DNA of 64,000 nt, taken from a virus. Its lineage: Duplodnaviria > Caudoviricetes. The notes beneath the pieces are model-generated. The model ran no database searches, had not been told where the DNA came from, and was given only the letters and a program-made list of their open reading frames with translations. The position numbers and the translations under genes are program-made. This document shows, piece by piece, positions 10,074-19,084 of this stretch; position 1 is the stretch's first letter; every line of letters begins with the position of its first letter. Location of the stretch: positions 1 to 64,000 of the IMG/VR virus record IMGVR_UViG_2930438282_000003; one strand, written 5' to 3'.

Positions 10074-10296
10074 TGAGTGATTCCCCCTATCGCTCTCAGG
10101 TTCTGTGGTTACCCAGGGGCCTTGGCCGCAGCCAGGACTCGGCCTTGTGGAGAACAGCAGCCTGGCATAGAACCACCCTTGTCAGCATCCCCGTTGGTCA
10201 CTTCGAGACCCGAGGTTGTGGAAGCCTTGTGGCTTCCCACCGGACCTCCACTGCTGTGCGGCTCGCGTGAAACCTGCTGACCATAACCACTGCTCC

Positions 10297-10384
10297 TGAC
10301 CTGCGGGTTCTTAGAAATTCTTTTGCCAAACGTCATTTGCGCTACAAGGTTAGGGCAACCTGTTCAGGCAAAGAATGGAAGTAG
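10297..10384 (+). repeat. Conserved upstream hairpin element, copy B
   Basis: TGACCTGCGGGTTCTTAGAAATTCTTTTGCC...GGTTAGGGCAA...GGCAAAGAATGGAAGTAG. Confidence 0.85.
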
Positions 10385-10420
10385 TACCACTCACCAACCC
10401 CTACAGAGAAGGACAGCCAC

Positions 10421-11578
10421 ATGACCACCACCGCCACCACCGCCCAGGCCCCCGCGAAGAAGACGACCGTCCTGAAGAAGCCGAAGGACGGCAAGGTGGC
10501 GAAGACCCCCTCCCAGAAGAGCACCCGCAAGGCTGCCGCGGCCCCCGCCAAGCCGAAGGCGCCCATCGGCAGCGAGACGCGGTCCGTGCAGAAGGACATC
10601 CCGATCGACCGCATCGACCGGGACCCCGGCCAGCCCCGCAAGTTCTTCGACGAGGGCCCACTCAAGGAGCTGGCCGCCTCCATGAAGAAGCTCGGCCAAC
10701 TCCAGCCGGTCACCGTCCGGTACGACACGTCGACCAGGCGGTACACCCTCATCATGGGCGAGCGCAGGTGGCGCGCCGCCCAGATGGCCGGACTGACCGA
10801 GCTGAAGGCCGTCGTCCTCCACGGCGTCGGCGAAGGGCGCGAGACCTTCGCCATGGCCGTCGCCGAAAACGTCGGCCGCGCCGACATGACCGCCATCGAA
10901 GAGGCCAACGCCTTCCGCCGGCTCGTCGACAACGAGTACAGCGTCGACGAGGTCGCCGAACTCGTCGGCAAGAGCCCCGCCTACGTCCAGTGGCGCATCG
11001 ACCTCCTCAACCTCTGCCCGGAGGCACAGGAAGCGCTCATCAAGAACCAGCTGCCCGTCGGCCTCGCCTGGTACGTCGGCAAGCTCGCCTGCGACAACCA
11101 GGTGCGGTTCCTCGCCAAATGGGTGCGCGGCGACTTCAAGAGCGCCCGCGACGCCGAGTCATTCGCGCAGGCCCTCCACACCGAGGAGAAGCGGCAGGCC
11201 GAGCAAGGATCGTTCTTCGTCCTGTCCGACGAGGCCGCAGCCGCCCGCAAGGACAACGGCATGGACGCCCTGCCCGGCTCCCTCGACCTCCCCGACGACG
11301 AGCGAGAGCGCATCATCGCCGACCGCACCAAGCTCGTCGGCAAGATCGACAAGCTGGGCGGTGCAGGGGAGATCCTGGCGCTCCTCGCGGCCACCGAGCC
11401 CGAGGAGCTGGCCCTGCTCCTCGCCGGAACGCCGGGCGGCATCGGCGGGCACCGCCTGCGCATCAAGCACCTGCAGGACATCGCGGGCAGGGCCATGGCT
11501 AACCTCCGCAAGGCCGAGATGGTCGCCGAGGTCCGCGCGTCCGGCCTGCAGGTCAACCCCGACGCCGAGACCACCTGA
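10421..11578 (+). CDS. parB: ParB/RepB/Spo0J-family protein
   Basis: QPRKFF, GQLQPVTV, GERRWRAA arginine patch, ENVGRADM, HTH; Lys/Ala-rich N-terminal tail. Confidence 0.9.
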   Translation: MTTTATTAQAPAKKTTVLKKPKDGKVAKTPSQKSTRKAAAAPAKPKAPIGSETRSVQKDIPIDRIDRDPGQPRKFFDEGPLKELAASMKKLGQLQPVTVRYDTSTRRYTLIMGERRWRAAQMAGLTELKAVVLHGVGEGRETFAMAVAENVGRADMTAIEEANAFRRLVDNEYSVDEVAELVGKSPAYVQWRIDLLNLCPEAQEALIKNQLPVGLAWYVGKLACDNQVRFLAKWVRGDFKSARDAESFAQALHTEEKRQAEQGSFFVLSDEAAAARKDNGMDALPGSLDLPDDERERIIADRTKLVGKIDKLGGAGEILALLAATEPEELALLLAGTPGGIGGHRLRIKHLQDIAGRAMANLRKAEMVAEVRASGLQVNPDAETT

Positions 11579-11585
11579 CACGTGC

Positions 11586-11618
11586 GGCGCACCGCCCCTC
11601 GGGGGTGGGCGGTGCGCC
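11586..11618 (+). terminator. GC-rich hairpin after parB
   Basis: GGCGCACCGCCC / GGGCGGTGCGCC inverted repeat. Confidence 0.5.
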
Positions 11619-11677
11619 TATCCCCATCTAAGCCCCGAACCGCAGGCCACACACCTCGAACCACCAGGAGGACCCTC

Positions 11678-12505
11678 ATGGAGATCCCCAGCGGCGTCTA
11701 CGACGTCCTCACCGACAACCGCACGGTCATCGCCGGTGACCGCGTGCAGATCCCGTTCGACCTGGACCGCGCCCTGTACGAGCAGGTGAACAAGGTGCTC
11801 AAGGAGATCGGCGGCCAGTGGGACGGCCGCAAAGCGGTCCGCGCCCACGTCTTCCCGTTCCAGATCGAGGGATTCATGCGGGCCTGCCTCGCCACCCGCG
11901 AGTTCCCCAGCCGGTTCGAGCAGGGCTGGTACCCCACCCCCGAAGGCGTCGTGCACGACATGCTCGAGCACGCCGCGATCCGCGACGGGATGAGCGTCCT
12001 GGAACCCTCAGCCGGCACCGGCTCCATCGCCGGGCCCGCCGCAGGCAGAGGCGCCGTCGTCGACTGCGTGGAGATCGACGCCCGCCGCGCGCACGTCCTG
12101 CGCGAGCAGGGCGCCGCCCGCCGAGTCGTCGAAGCCGACTTCCTGGACCTCGACCCGCTCGACTGCCCCACCGGGTATCGGCGGGTCGTGATGAACCCGC
12201 CGTTCTCGGCGGCCGTCCAGCACGTCAAGCACGCCATGGGGTTCCTCGCCGACGACGGCACCCTGATCGCGGTCATGCCCGAGTCGGTCATGTGGCACAG
12301 CGACCGCGCCACCGTCGAGTTCCGTGAGCTGGTCGCCCTCGCCGAGGGGGAGTTCATCCGGCTGCCCGACGAGTCGTTCGCGGCCTCCGGGACCAGCGTG
12401 CGCACCGTCCTCCTGGTCGTCGACGCCGAATCCGGAGGCCCGCTGCCCACCCACGGGTGGCACCTGAGGCAGCCCCGCCAGCTTGACCTCTTCGCCGCAG
12501 CCTGA
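11678..12505 (+). CDS. SAM-dependent amino-(N6A/N4C) DNA methyltransferase-like protein
   Basis: WYPTP, LEPSAGTG motif I, VMNPPF motif IV; AGGAGG SD before ATG 11678. Confidence 0.85.
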   Translation: MEIPSGVYDVLTDNRTVIAGDRVQIPFDLDRALYEQVNKVLKEIGGQWDGRKAVRAHVFPFQIEGFMRACLATREFPSRFEQGWYPTPEGVVHDMLEHAAIRDGMSVLEPSAGTGSIAGPAAGRGAVVDCVEIDARRAHVLREQGAARRVVEADFLDLDPLDCPTGYRRVVMNPPFSAAVQHVKHAMGFLADDGTLIAVMPESVMWHSDRATVEFRELVALAEGEFIRLPDESFAASGTSVRTVLLVVDAESGGPLPTHGWHLRQPRQLDLFAAA

Positions 12506-12588
12506 CCTCCGCTTCCTTGACGATCTTTTGCCTATCCAGGTTGGCCAATGAGGTTAGCCCAAGGCGTTCAGGTCAAGGATTGAAGTAG
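12503..12588 (+). repeat. Conserved upstream hairpin element, copy C
   Basis: TGACC...ATCTTTTGCCTA...TTGGCCAATGAGGTTAGCCCAA...AAGGATTGAAGTAG; its TGA is the MTase stop codon. Confidence 0.8.
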
Positions 12589-12631
12589 AACCAAACACCC
12601 CAACCGCCCACCCACCCAGGAAAGGGGCCAC

Positions 12632-13042
12632 ATGGACCTCGCCACCTGCACCTACCAGGAGTACACGCCCGGCATGGGCGCAGCCGTCCGCACGACGGCC
12701 GGCCACCCGCGGTTCTTCCGGCAGCCCATCGGCGGGCACGCGAAGCTCATCACGCCGACCCGGCAGCTGCTCGCCGCCAACCTCCCCGCCGACGCCTACG
12801 AGTTCCAGTACCGGCGGATGCTCAACGAGCACGGCATCAAGGCCATCCACACCGAACTCGCCGCCATCTCGGCCGCGAACGGCGGCCAGACGCTCGTCCT
12901 CTGCTGCTTCGACGTCCTCAGCAAGCCCGGCAACTGGTGCCACAGGTCGATGCTGGCCGCCTTCTGGCGGGAGGAAACCGGCGAGGAGATCCCCGAGCTC
13001 GGCGCCACCGGCCCCAAGGCCGAGCCGCCCGCCCTGTTCTGA
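12632..13042 (+). CDS. DUF488-like protein
   Basis: LVLCCFD...WCHRSMLA motif typical of DUF488 relatives. Confidence 0.65.
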   Translation: MDLATCTYQEYTPGMGAAVRTTAGHPRFFRQPIGGHAKLITPTRQLLAANLPADAYEFQYRRMLNEHGIKAIHTELAAISAANGGQTLVLCCFDVLSKPGNWCHRSMLAAFWREETGEEIPELGATGPKAEPPALF

Positions 13043-13063
13043 CGCCTGACCAGCAAGTTCCCA

Positions 13064-13093
13064 CCGGCCGGGACCCCATGGGGTCCCGGCCGG
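13064..13093. repeat. Perfect 30-bp palindrome
   Basis: CCGGCCGGGACCCCATGGGGTCCCGGCCGG equals its own reverse complement. Confidence 0.9.
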
Positions 13094-13126
13094 ACCCATG
13101 CCCGGATGGAGCGAAGGAGCCCCACC

Positions 13127-14071
13127 ATGATCGACAGCCGCGTCTGCATCGACGACATGCTCGGCCCGTTCGACTGCAAGCTCGACCCGCACAACCGGTG
13201 GAACGGCTGGATGAGCCCGTACTTCACCCTGGACGCCGCCCGCGAGCTGTCCGCCCAGACACTCCGCATGGCCGACGAATACGGCTACGACTCCACCGAC
13301 ACGATCCACGTCATTGAGGGCCGCACCGACAGCCGGGACACCGTCCACATCATCGAAAGTGACCTGAAGCGCGTCACGGACGAAGAGGACGAGCACGACG
13401 ACCGCGAACCGCTCGCGATCGCGGTCCGCGTCAACTGGCGGGACCTGGACGAGGGCGCCGGAGAGGCCACCACGCTCGCTGTCGCCACCCCGGCCGCCCG
13501 CAAAGCAGCCCGCCGACGCAAGCCCAACGGCAAGGGCGCGACCCGCACGGTCGTCGTTCACATCCGCTGGCAGTGGGCCGACGAAAGCGACACGGCCGCC
13601 AACGTCATCGAGCCCACCCGTGACGGCCTGTACGGCATCGGCGGATGGGAGTGGACCTGGAGCTGCACAGTCTGGTGGTGCCCCGGCTGCGGCGGCCACG
13701 CGGACTGGCACGACACCGAGTGCTGGTGCGGGCTCACCCGCCCGGAGACCGACCTCGAAGTGGCCGCCTGGACCGCCGGATGCATCCTGCACGACCGCGC
13801 CCCCGAGGCCACGTCGGTCCTGGTCGACCTCAACGCGGCCCGCATCGTCTCGGTGTTCGCCGACGACACCGAGATCGACACGGCCGACGACACCGGCCCC
13901 TTCGACACCGAGACGCTCGGCTCGGCCGACGAGATCCTCCGCAAGGCCCTGGACCGCACCACGCCCGCCGACCGAAGCGCGGCCGGATGGGAACACACCC
14001 CGGATGAGAAGTCCGCGCACGTCTACCGGATCAGCTTCCCGGCCCACCGCCTGGCACCGCCCACCGCCTAG
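13127..14071 (+). CDS. Hypothetical protein with internal Zn-ribbon
   Basis: AAGGAG SD, ATG 13127, CPGCG...CWCG motif, strong GC3 bias. Confidence 0.75.
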   Translation: MIDSRVCIDDMLGPFDCKLDPHNRWNGWMSPYFTLDAARELSAQTLRMADEYGYDSTDTIHVIEGRTDSRDTVHIIESDLKRVTDEEDEHDDREPLAIAVRVNWRDLDEGAGEATTLAVATPAARKAARRRKPNGKGATRTVVVHIRWQWADESDTAANVIEPTRDGLYGIGGWEWTWSCTVWWCPGCGGHADWHDTECWCGLTRPETDLEVAAWTAGCILHDRAPEATSVLVDLNAARIVSVFADDTEIDTADDTGPFDTETLGSADEILRKALDRTTPADRSAAGWEHTPDEKSAHVYRISFPAHRLAPPTA

Positions 14072-14114
14072 CGCCGCCCACCTCCACCACACCCAGCAGA
14101 AACGAGGACGCCAC

Positions 14115-14564
14115 ATGACCGACCAGACCCCCTCACGCCCCGCCTACCAACTCCCCGACAGCGGCGCGCTCGGCGCTGCGGCCCTCGAGTCGCTGAACAC
14201 CGTCGAGAAGGCCAACGACCGGCTCGGCCGCGTCATGGCGGTCGTCACCGCCGCGGCGATGCGCGACATCCTCACCGACTTCGACCACAGCGCCCCGTTC
14301 GACGCGGCGCGCGTGCAGCTCGTCGAAGGAGAGGACGGCTCGCTGTTCCCCACCGGCCGGTACTGGACGGCCGCCGGCGAGGAGCGCATGTTCGCCGACG
14401 CCGACGGCCTGGGCGCCATCCACGACATGAGCGAGTGGACGCGCTACCTGAGCGACGAAAACCGGGACGTGTGGCTCCCGCTGTGCGACGAGCTGCCCGA
14501 CCTGCACCGGCGGCCGACGTACGCCCTCCGTCTCGCCGAGGCAGCAGCCCTCCCCATCGACTGA
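14115..14564 (+). CDS. Hypothetical protein (149 aa)
   Basis: GAGGA SD, ATG 14115 (MTDQTPSRPAY), GC3 bias. Confidence 0.7.
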   Translation: MTDQTPSRPAYQLPDSGALGAAALESLNTVEKANDRLGRVMAVVTAAAMRDILTDFDHSAPFDAARVQLVEGEDGSLFPTGRYWTAAGEERMFADADGLGAIHDMSEWTRYLSDENRDVWLPLCDELPDLHRRPTYALRLAEAAALPID

Positions 14565-14577
14565 CCTGCGCCCCATC

Positions 14578-14664
14578 TGACCTGCGCGTTCTTAGAAGTT
14601 CTTTTGCCTATATCAGTTGCCCTATGAGGTTAGGGCAATTGGTATAGCGGAAGGATCGAAGTAG
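14578..14664 (+). repeat. Conserved upstream hairpin element, copy D
   Basis: TGACCTGCGCGTTCTTAGAAGTTCTTTTGCCTATATCAGTTGCCCTATGAGGTTAGGGCAATTGGTATAG...GAAGTAG. Confidence 0.88.
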
Positions 14665-14702
14665 ATCAACTTCCCACCCCAACAGAAGACGAGGACCAGT
14701 CC

Positions 14703-17700
14703 GTGCCCTACATCAACTCCACCTCCCGCTCCTGGGCGGCAGCATCCGCCGAGGCCAACGCCCCCAAGCGAGTCCGCGCCTACAAGCACGACGGCGGCGA
14801 TCTGTGCGTGTCAGATTGGTTCGCGGGATGCGGAGGCTCCGGACAGGGCGCTGATGCGGTCCCCGGCCTGCGCGTGGCCTTCGCCGCGAACCACTGGCGG
14901 CAGGCCATCAAGAGCCACCAATTCAACTTCCCGGGCGTTGCGCACTACATCGGTGACATCCGCAAGGCCCCTGTCTGGGCCTGGCCGATCACAGACGTCT
15001 TCTGGGCCAGCCCGGAATGCTTCCCGGCCGGAACGCTGATCCTCACCCGACGTGGCCATGTCCCCATCGAGGACGTCCAGGTTGGTGACGAGGTGTTCAC
15101 GCACGAACGCCGGTGGCGGCCGGTCAAGGTCACCATGCGCAAGCTCGCCGAGACCGTGCGCGTGAAGGGCGTCGGATTCGCGGGCGGCATCGAGACCACC
15201 GCAGAGCACCCCTTCTACACCCGCCAGCGAACGAAGGTCTGGCAGGACAAGAGGCATGGCTACCGATGGAGGCTCACCGGTTCACCCGAGTGGACCGAGG
15301 CGAAGAACCTGCAAGGCCGGATGTGGGCAACGCCGATCGACTTCGGTGAGGAGCTACCCGTCCCGCCGGTAGGCGGCCGGGGTGTCGACCAGAACCGCGA
15401 GTTTTGGTGGATGGTCGGCCGCTGGCTCGGCGATGGTTCGCTGCGGCTTAAGCCACGCACCGCGGCCCGCCTGAAGCAGCCGGCCACCCGCCGCGCTCCG
15501 CGCCCAGCCGGCTCCCCGTGCGTCGTCTGTGGGGGTGCGGCCCGTCCCGACGGACGGAGCAACGCGGGCCAGGTGTCGCCCTACTGCTCTACCACCTGCA
15601 AGGCGAAGAACAGCCGGAAGTCCGAGCGCGGCCGGTTCGAGGTGGTCATCTCTTGCGGAAAGCACGAGGTGCAGGAGTTGGGTGCCCGCCTCGCCGAGAC
15701 CACCGGACTCCGCTGGAACCTGCGGGAGATCCGGACGGCCTGCAACTTCACCACGGGGCATTGCGGCCTGACCGAGTGGCTGGTCGAGCACTTCGGTCAG
15801 CACGCGGACGGCAAGGGGCTCCCGGCCTGGGCGCTGACGATGCCCGAGGCTGACCGGCGCGCGTTGCTCCAGGGGTACCTGTCGGCCGACGGCTGTGTGA
15901 GCGCTCCGTACACCTCGATGGCCACGGTCTCCAAGCGCCTCGCGGTCGGTATTCGGCTGCTCGCCAACTCCCTCGGGTACGTCGCGAACATGTCCGGCCC
16001 GCACGTCCGCAAGGGCGTGCGCACCATCGAAGGTCGGGTGGTCAACGAGCGTCCGCAGTGGAAGGTCAACTGGATCACCGATGGCCCGAAGCACGCCTTC
16101 CACGTCGATCAGGACGGGTACCGGTGGGCGCCGGTCAAGTCGGTGGAGCCCACCGGGCGCACGGTTGAGGTCTTCAACCTGAGCGTGGCCGAAGACGAGT
16201 CGTACATGGCCAACGGAATCATGTCGCACAATTGTACGAACTGGTCTATTGCCAAGGGTAAGAAGCGCTCCTTCGCCAAGGCCGTTCAGGGTGACCTGCT
16301 CAGCCTGTATGCGGACATGGAGGAGGAGAAGTTCAAGACGGCCGACCAGGAGGACAACGAGCCGACCGCAGAGGAGGAAGCCAGCCGGGCACTGATGGAA
16401 GAGGTGCCTCTGTACCTGCGCGGGGTGATCGAACGCGGCGGCCTCATCAAGGCCGGTGTGGTCGAGAACGTGGTCGATGTCCGGGCCTGGGCCGAGTGGG
16501 ATGCGTGGCTGGCGGAGTTCCACAAGCTGGGCTACCGGACGCGGGTCATCGCGCTGAACAGCATGCACGCCAACCCGCGCAGAGTGCACCGCGCCCCGCA
16601 GTCCCGCGACCGGCTGTACGTCGGCTACTGGCACAAGAGCCTGGGCCGGACGCCTGACTGGGACAAGTGGCTGCGCCCCAAGGCGTACTGCGCCGGCTGC
16701 GACGAGATGGTTTCCGCCCTGCAGGTCTTCCGCAAGCCCGGCCAGGACATGGGCCGGTACAAGTCGAGCTACGACTACAGGTGCCCGCGCAAGAGCTGCC
16801 GCGCGCTCGTCGACCCGGACGTCCTGCCCGCCGCGGCGGCGATCGACTGGTCCATCAAGGGCACGCCGATCGGCTCCCGCCCGAAGTCGAAGGAGTGCCC
16901 GGAGGGCCTGGCCCCGAACACGATGGCCCGTATCCGGGCCGGGATCGCGAAGTACTGGCCGCAGCCCGGCGAGCAGGTCGGCCAGGAGGCCCTGTTCGAC
17001 GACCAGCCCGCCGGGAAGGTCGCCCCGTTCCTCGTCCCGACCGGCGGCACCTGGCGCAACGGCCCGGCCGGGGTGGACGTCCCGATGTCGACCCGGACGA
17101 CGGTGGAGAGCGACGCCCTGGTCCTCCCGCCCATCCTGATCCCCTGCGAAGGCCGCGAGGGCAAGAAGCCGATGTCCCTTGACGGCCCGCTGCGGACCCA
17201 GACGGCCCGGCTGGAAACGGCGCTCGCCTACGTCCCGTTCGTGGTCCCGATGCGCGGCGGCGGCGACAAGGAGAAAGCGCGGTACGTCAGCCACCCGGTC
17301 CACACGGTCTCGGCCGGCGGCAACCATCACGGCCTGGTCATGGCACCCCGCCCGCTGATCATGCGGAACAACACCCCGAACGGCGATCCCGCCCAGATGG
17401 TCACCGGCGCCGACGAGCCGTTCCGGACCATGACGACCACCGGCCACCAGTCGCTGATCACGCCGGACCCGCTGCTCGTCCCGTACTACGGCAACGGCCA
17501 GGCCCGCCCGACCAGTGAGCCCGTCGGCGCCCTGCCCACCCGTGACCGGTTCGCCCTCCTCGACGCCGACGGCGAGTACGACGTCTCGAAGGTGCTGTTC
17601 CGGATGCTTCAGCCCAAGGAAATCCAGCGGGCGATGGCGTTCGCGGACGACTACAAGATCCTGGGCAGCAAGCGCGACACCGTCCGGCAGCTGGGGAACG

Positions 17701-17816
17701 CGGTTACCCCGAACGCGGCCGAGGTCCTGCTGTGCGCGCTCGTCGAGTGCATCACCGGCGAGGAGATCGACCGCTACGCGCCGCCCGCCGAGCTGGAGTT
17801 CGCCACGACCGCCTGA
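14703..17816 (+). CDS. C5-cytosine DNA methyltransferase precursor containing an intein
   Basis: DWFAGCGG motif I, ANHW, SPE-C-TNWS motif IV (split), VENV motif VI, QSRDR motif VIII, QLGNAV motif X. Confidence 0.93.
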   Translation: MPYINSTSRSWAAASAEANAPKRVRAYKHDGGDLCVSDWFAGCGGSGQGADAVPGLRVAFAANHWRQAIKSHQFNFPGVAHYIGDIRKAPVWAWPITDVFWASPECFPAGTLILTRRGHVPIEDVQVGDEVFTHERRWRPVKVTMRKLAETVRVKGVGFAGGIETTAEHPFYTRQRTKVWQDKRHGYRWRLTGSPEWTEAKNLQGRMWATPIDFGEELPVPPVGGRGVDQNREFWWMVGRWLGDGSLRLKPRTAARLKQPATRRAPRPAGSPCVVCGGAARPDGRSNAGQVSPYCSTTCKAKNSRKSERGRFEVVISCGKHEVQELGARLAETTGLRWNLREIRTACNFTTGHCGLTEWLVEHFGQHADGKGLPAWALTMPEADRRALLQGYLSADGCVSAPYTSMATVSKRLAVGIRLLANSLGYVANMSGPHVRKGVRTIEGRVVNERPQWKVNWITDGPKHAFHVDQDGYRWAPVKSVEPTGRTVEVFNLSVAEDESYMANGIMSHNCTNWSIAKGKKRSFAKAVQGDLLSLYADMEEEKFKTADQEDNEPTAEEEASRALMEEVPLYLRGVIERGGLIKAGVVENVVDVRAWAEWDAWLAEFHKLGYRTRVIALNSMHANPRRVHRAPQSRDRLYVGYWHKSLGRTPDWDKWLRPKAYCAGCDEMVSALQVFRKPGQDMGRYKSSYDYRCPRKSCRALVDPDVLPAAAAIDWSIKGTPIGSRPKSKECPEGLAPNTMARIRAGIAKYWPQPGEQVGQEALFDDQPAGKVAPFLVPTGGTWRNGPAGVDVPMSTRTTVESDALVLPPILIPCEGREGKKPMSLDGPLRTQTARLETALAYVPFVVPMRGGGDKEKARYVSHPVHTVSAGGNHHGLVMAPRPLIMRNNTPNGDPAQMVTGADEPFRTMTTTGHQSLITPDPLLVPYYGNGQARPTSEPVGALPTRDRFALLDADGEYDVSKVLFRMLQPKEIQRAMAFADDYKILGSKRDTVRQLGNAVTPNAAEVLLCALVECITGEEIDRYAPPAELEFATTA
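15018..16232 (+). mobile_element. Intein (405 aa) with LAGLIDADG-type homing endonuclease
   Basis: Starts CFPAGTLILT, block B TAEHPF, LAGLIDADG-like MVGRWLGDG and LLQGYLSADG, ends VFNLSV...MSHN followed by Cys. Confidence 0.92.
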
Positions 17817-17900
17817 CCTGCACGTCCTTAGAAGTCCTTTTGCCTATTCAGATTGGGCTATGCGGTTAGCGCAATCTGAATGGCGTAAAGATGGAAGTAG
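17814..17900 (+). repeat. Conserved upstream hairpin element, copy E
   Basis: TGACCTGCACGTCCTTAGAAGTCCTTTTGCCTATTCAGATTGGGCTATGCGGTTAGCGCAATCTGAAT...GAAGTAG; its TGA is the C5-MTase stop. Confidence 0.88.
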
Positions 17901-17926
17901 ATCAACCCCACACGAATGGAACGCAC

Positions 17927-18829
17927 ATGACCGGCACCCTGCACACCGACCCCACCACGGCCGCCCTGTCCAGGGCCTGCGAGGAAGCCTGGCAGATCGC
18001 ACTCAGCGCCAGAGCCACCTTCCAGCACGGCACCATCGCGTACGTGGCGAGCCTCATCCGTGAGGCCCTGCCCGACGCGGCCGCCATCACCATCGACACC
18101 GACGAAGCCGAGCTGTACGAGATCCGCGACGCGAGTGGCCAGCCGCTGTACCGGGCCCCGTTCACACCCGCCAGCCCCCTCGGCGACAGCGCAGCGGATG
18201 ACATCAACGACCTACTCGCCCAGGTCCTCCCCTTCGGCGGGCTGGAAGACGCCGGATGGGAGACCGCCGCCGAGCGCCTCCCGTACATGACCGTCCGCCT
18301 GCCCGGCGCCCCCGAGGTCGACCGGCGCAAGGCGCACGGCTTCGCCGCCACCCCCTTCCTCATGCTCGACGTCCGCGCCGAGTTCACCGCCGGCAGGCGC
18401 GCGTTCACCGTGGACGGCCCGCACCCGCTACACCAGCGGGAGACCCGTGATCGGATCCGCGCCGCCATGGCCAATGCGGGCTACGACGTCCCCGACGGCG
18501 CCCTCACGGTCACCGCCCACGGCCGCCTCACCCAAGGCGCCACCGCCGCCGACCTCGCGATCGCCGTCACCGCACTCGCCGCCGCCGGGCGCTGCGACCC
18601 GAGCGTCCTGCGCACCGTGGCGTTCATCGGGGAACTCGGCCTCGACGGCCGGGTACTGCCCGTACCCGACGTCAACGGAGCCGTCCGCACCGCATACGCC
18701 AGCGGCTACACCACCGCGGTCGTCGCCGAAGACGACCTCAGCAACGTCGACGTCGCAGGAATCGGGATCCACGGCGTCGACAACCTGCACCTCGCGATGA
18801 CGCTCATGCAGCACTTTGAAGCGAAGTAG
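17927..18829 (+). CDS. Protein with C-terminal ComM/YifB (Mg-chelatase ChlI N-terminal, Lon-like) domain, no ATPase
   Basis: RETRDRIRAAMANAG...ADLAIAV...FIGELGLDGRVLPV matches the ComM N-terminal domain; no Walker A. Confidence 0.78.
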   Translation: MTGTLHTDPTTAALSRACEEAWQIALSARATFQHGTIAYVASLIREALPDAAAITIDTDEAELYEIRDASGQPLYRAPFTPASPLGDSAADDINDLLAQVLPFGGLEDAGWETAAERLPYMTVRLPGAPEVDRRKAHGFAATPFLMLDVRAEFTAGRRAFTVDGPHPLHQRETRDRIRAAMANAGYDVPDGALTVTAHGRLTQGATAADLAIAVTALAAAGRCDPSVLRTVAFIGELGLDGRVLPVPDVNGAVRTAYASGYTTAVVAEDDLSNVDVAGIGIHGVDNLHLAMTLMQHFEAK

Positions 18830-18841
18830 CAGCCACAGCAG

Positions 18842-18878
18842 GTGAGGCCGGGGAACGAGATAGGTTCCCCGGCCTCAC
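18842..18878 (+). terminator. Intrinsic terminator closing the early gene array
   Basis: 15-bp perfect stem GTGAGGCCGGGGAAC / GTTCCCCGGCCTCAC. Confidence 0.75.
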
Positions 18879-19008
18879 GCCTATTTAAGCGCCTCAACAC
18901 CCTGAGCCCTCCACCATCTCAAGGTCGGGCAACGAAGCGGCCACCGGCGAAACTGCGACCCTCCCGGGCCTGGTCTGCGAGGGCTCGTCCGCTGAGCGCT
19001 GAGGTCAA

Positions 19009-19055
19009 CGGACCCTATATCCGGTGGCGTTAAAGCTGCTCGGACCCTATATCCG
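19009..19055 (+). promoter_or_regulatory. Tandem 15-bp putative operator repeats upstream of the PadR gene
   Basis: CGGACCCTATATCCG at 19009 and 19041. Confidence 0.55.
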
Positions 19056-19084
19056 TTGCCAGACAAGGGTGTTACTCTCAAACC

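Noticed and set aside
1280-17900. Dispersed repeats as a CRISPR array
   Set aside because: Copies are kb apart, separated by genes, and no cas genes are present
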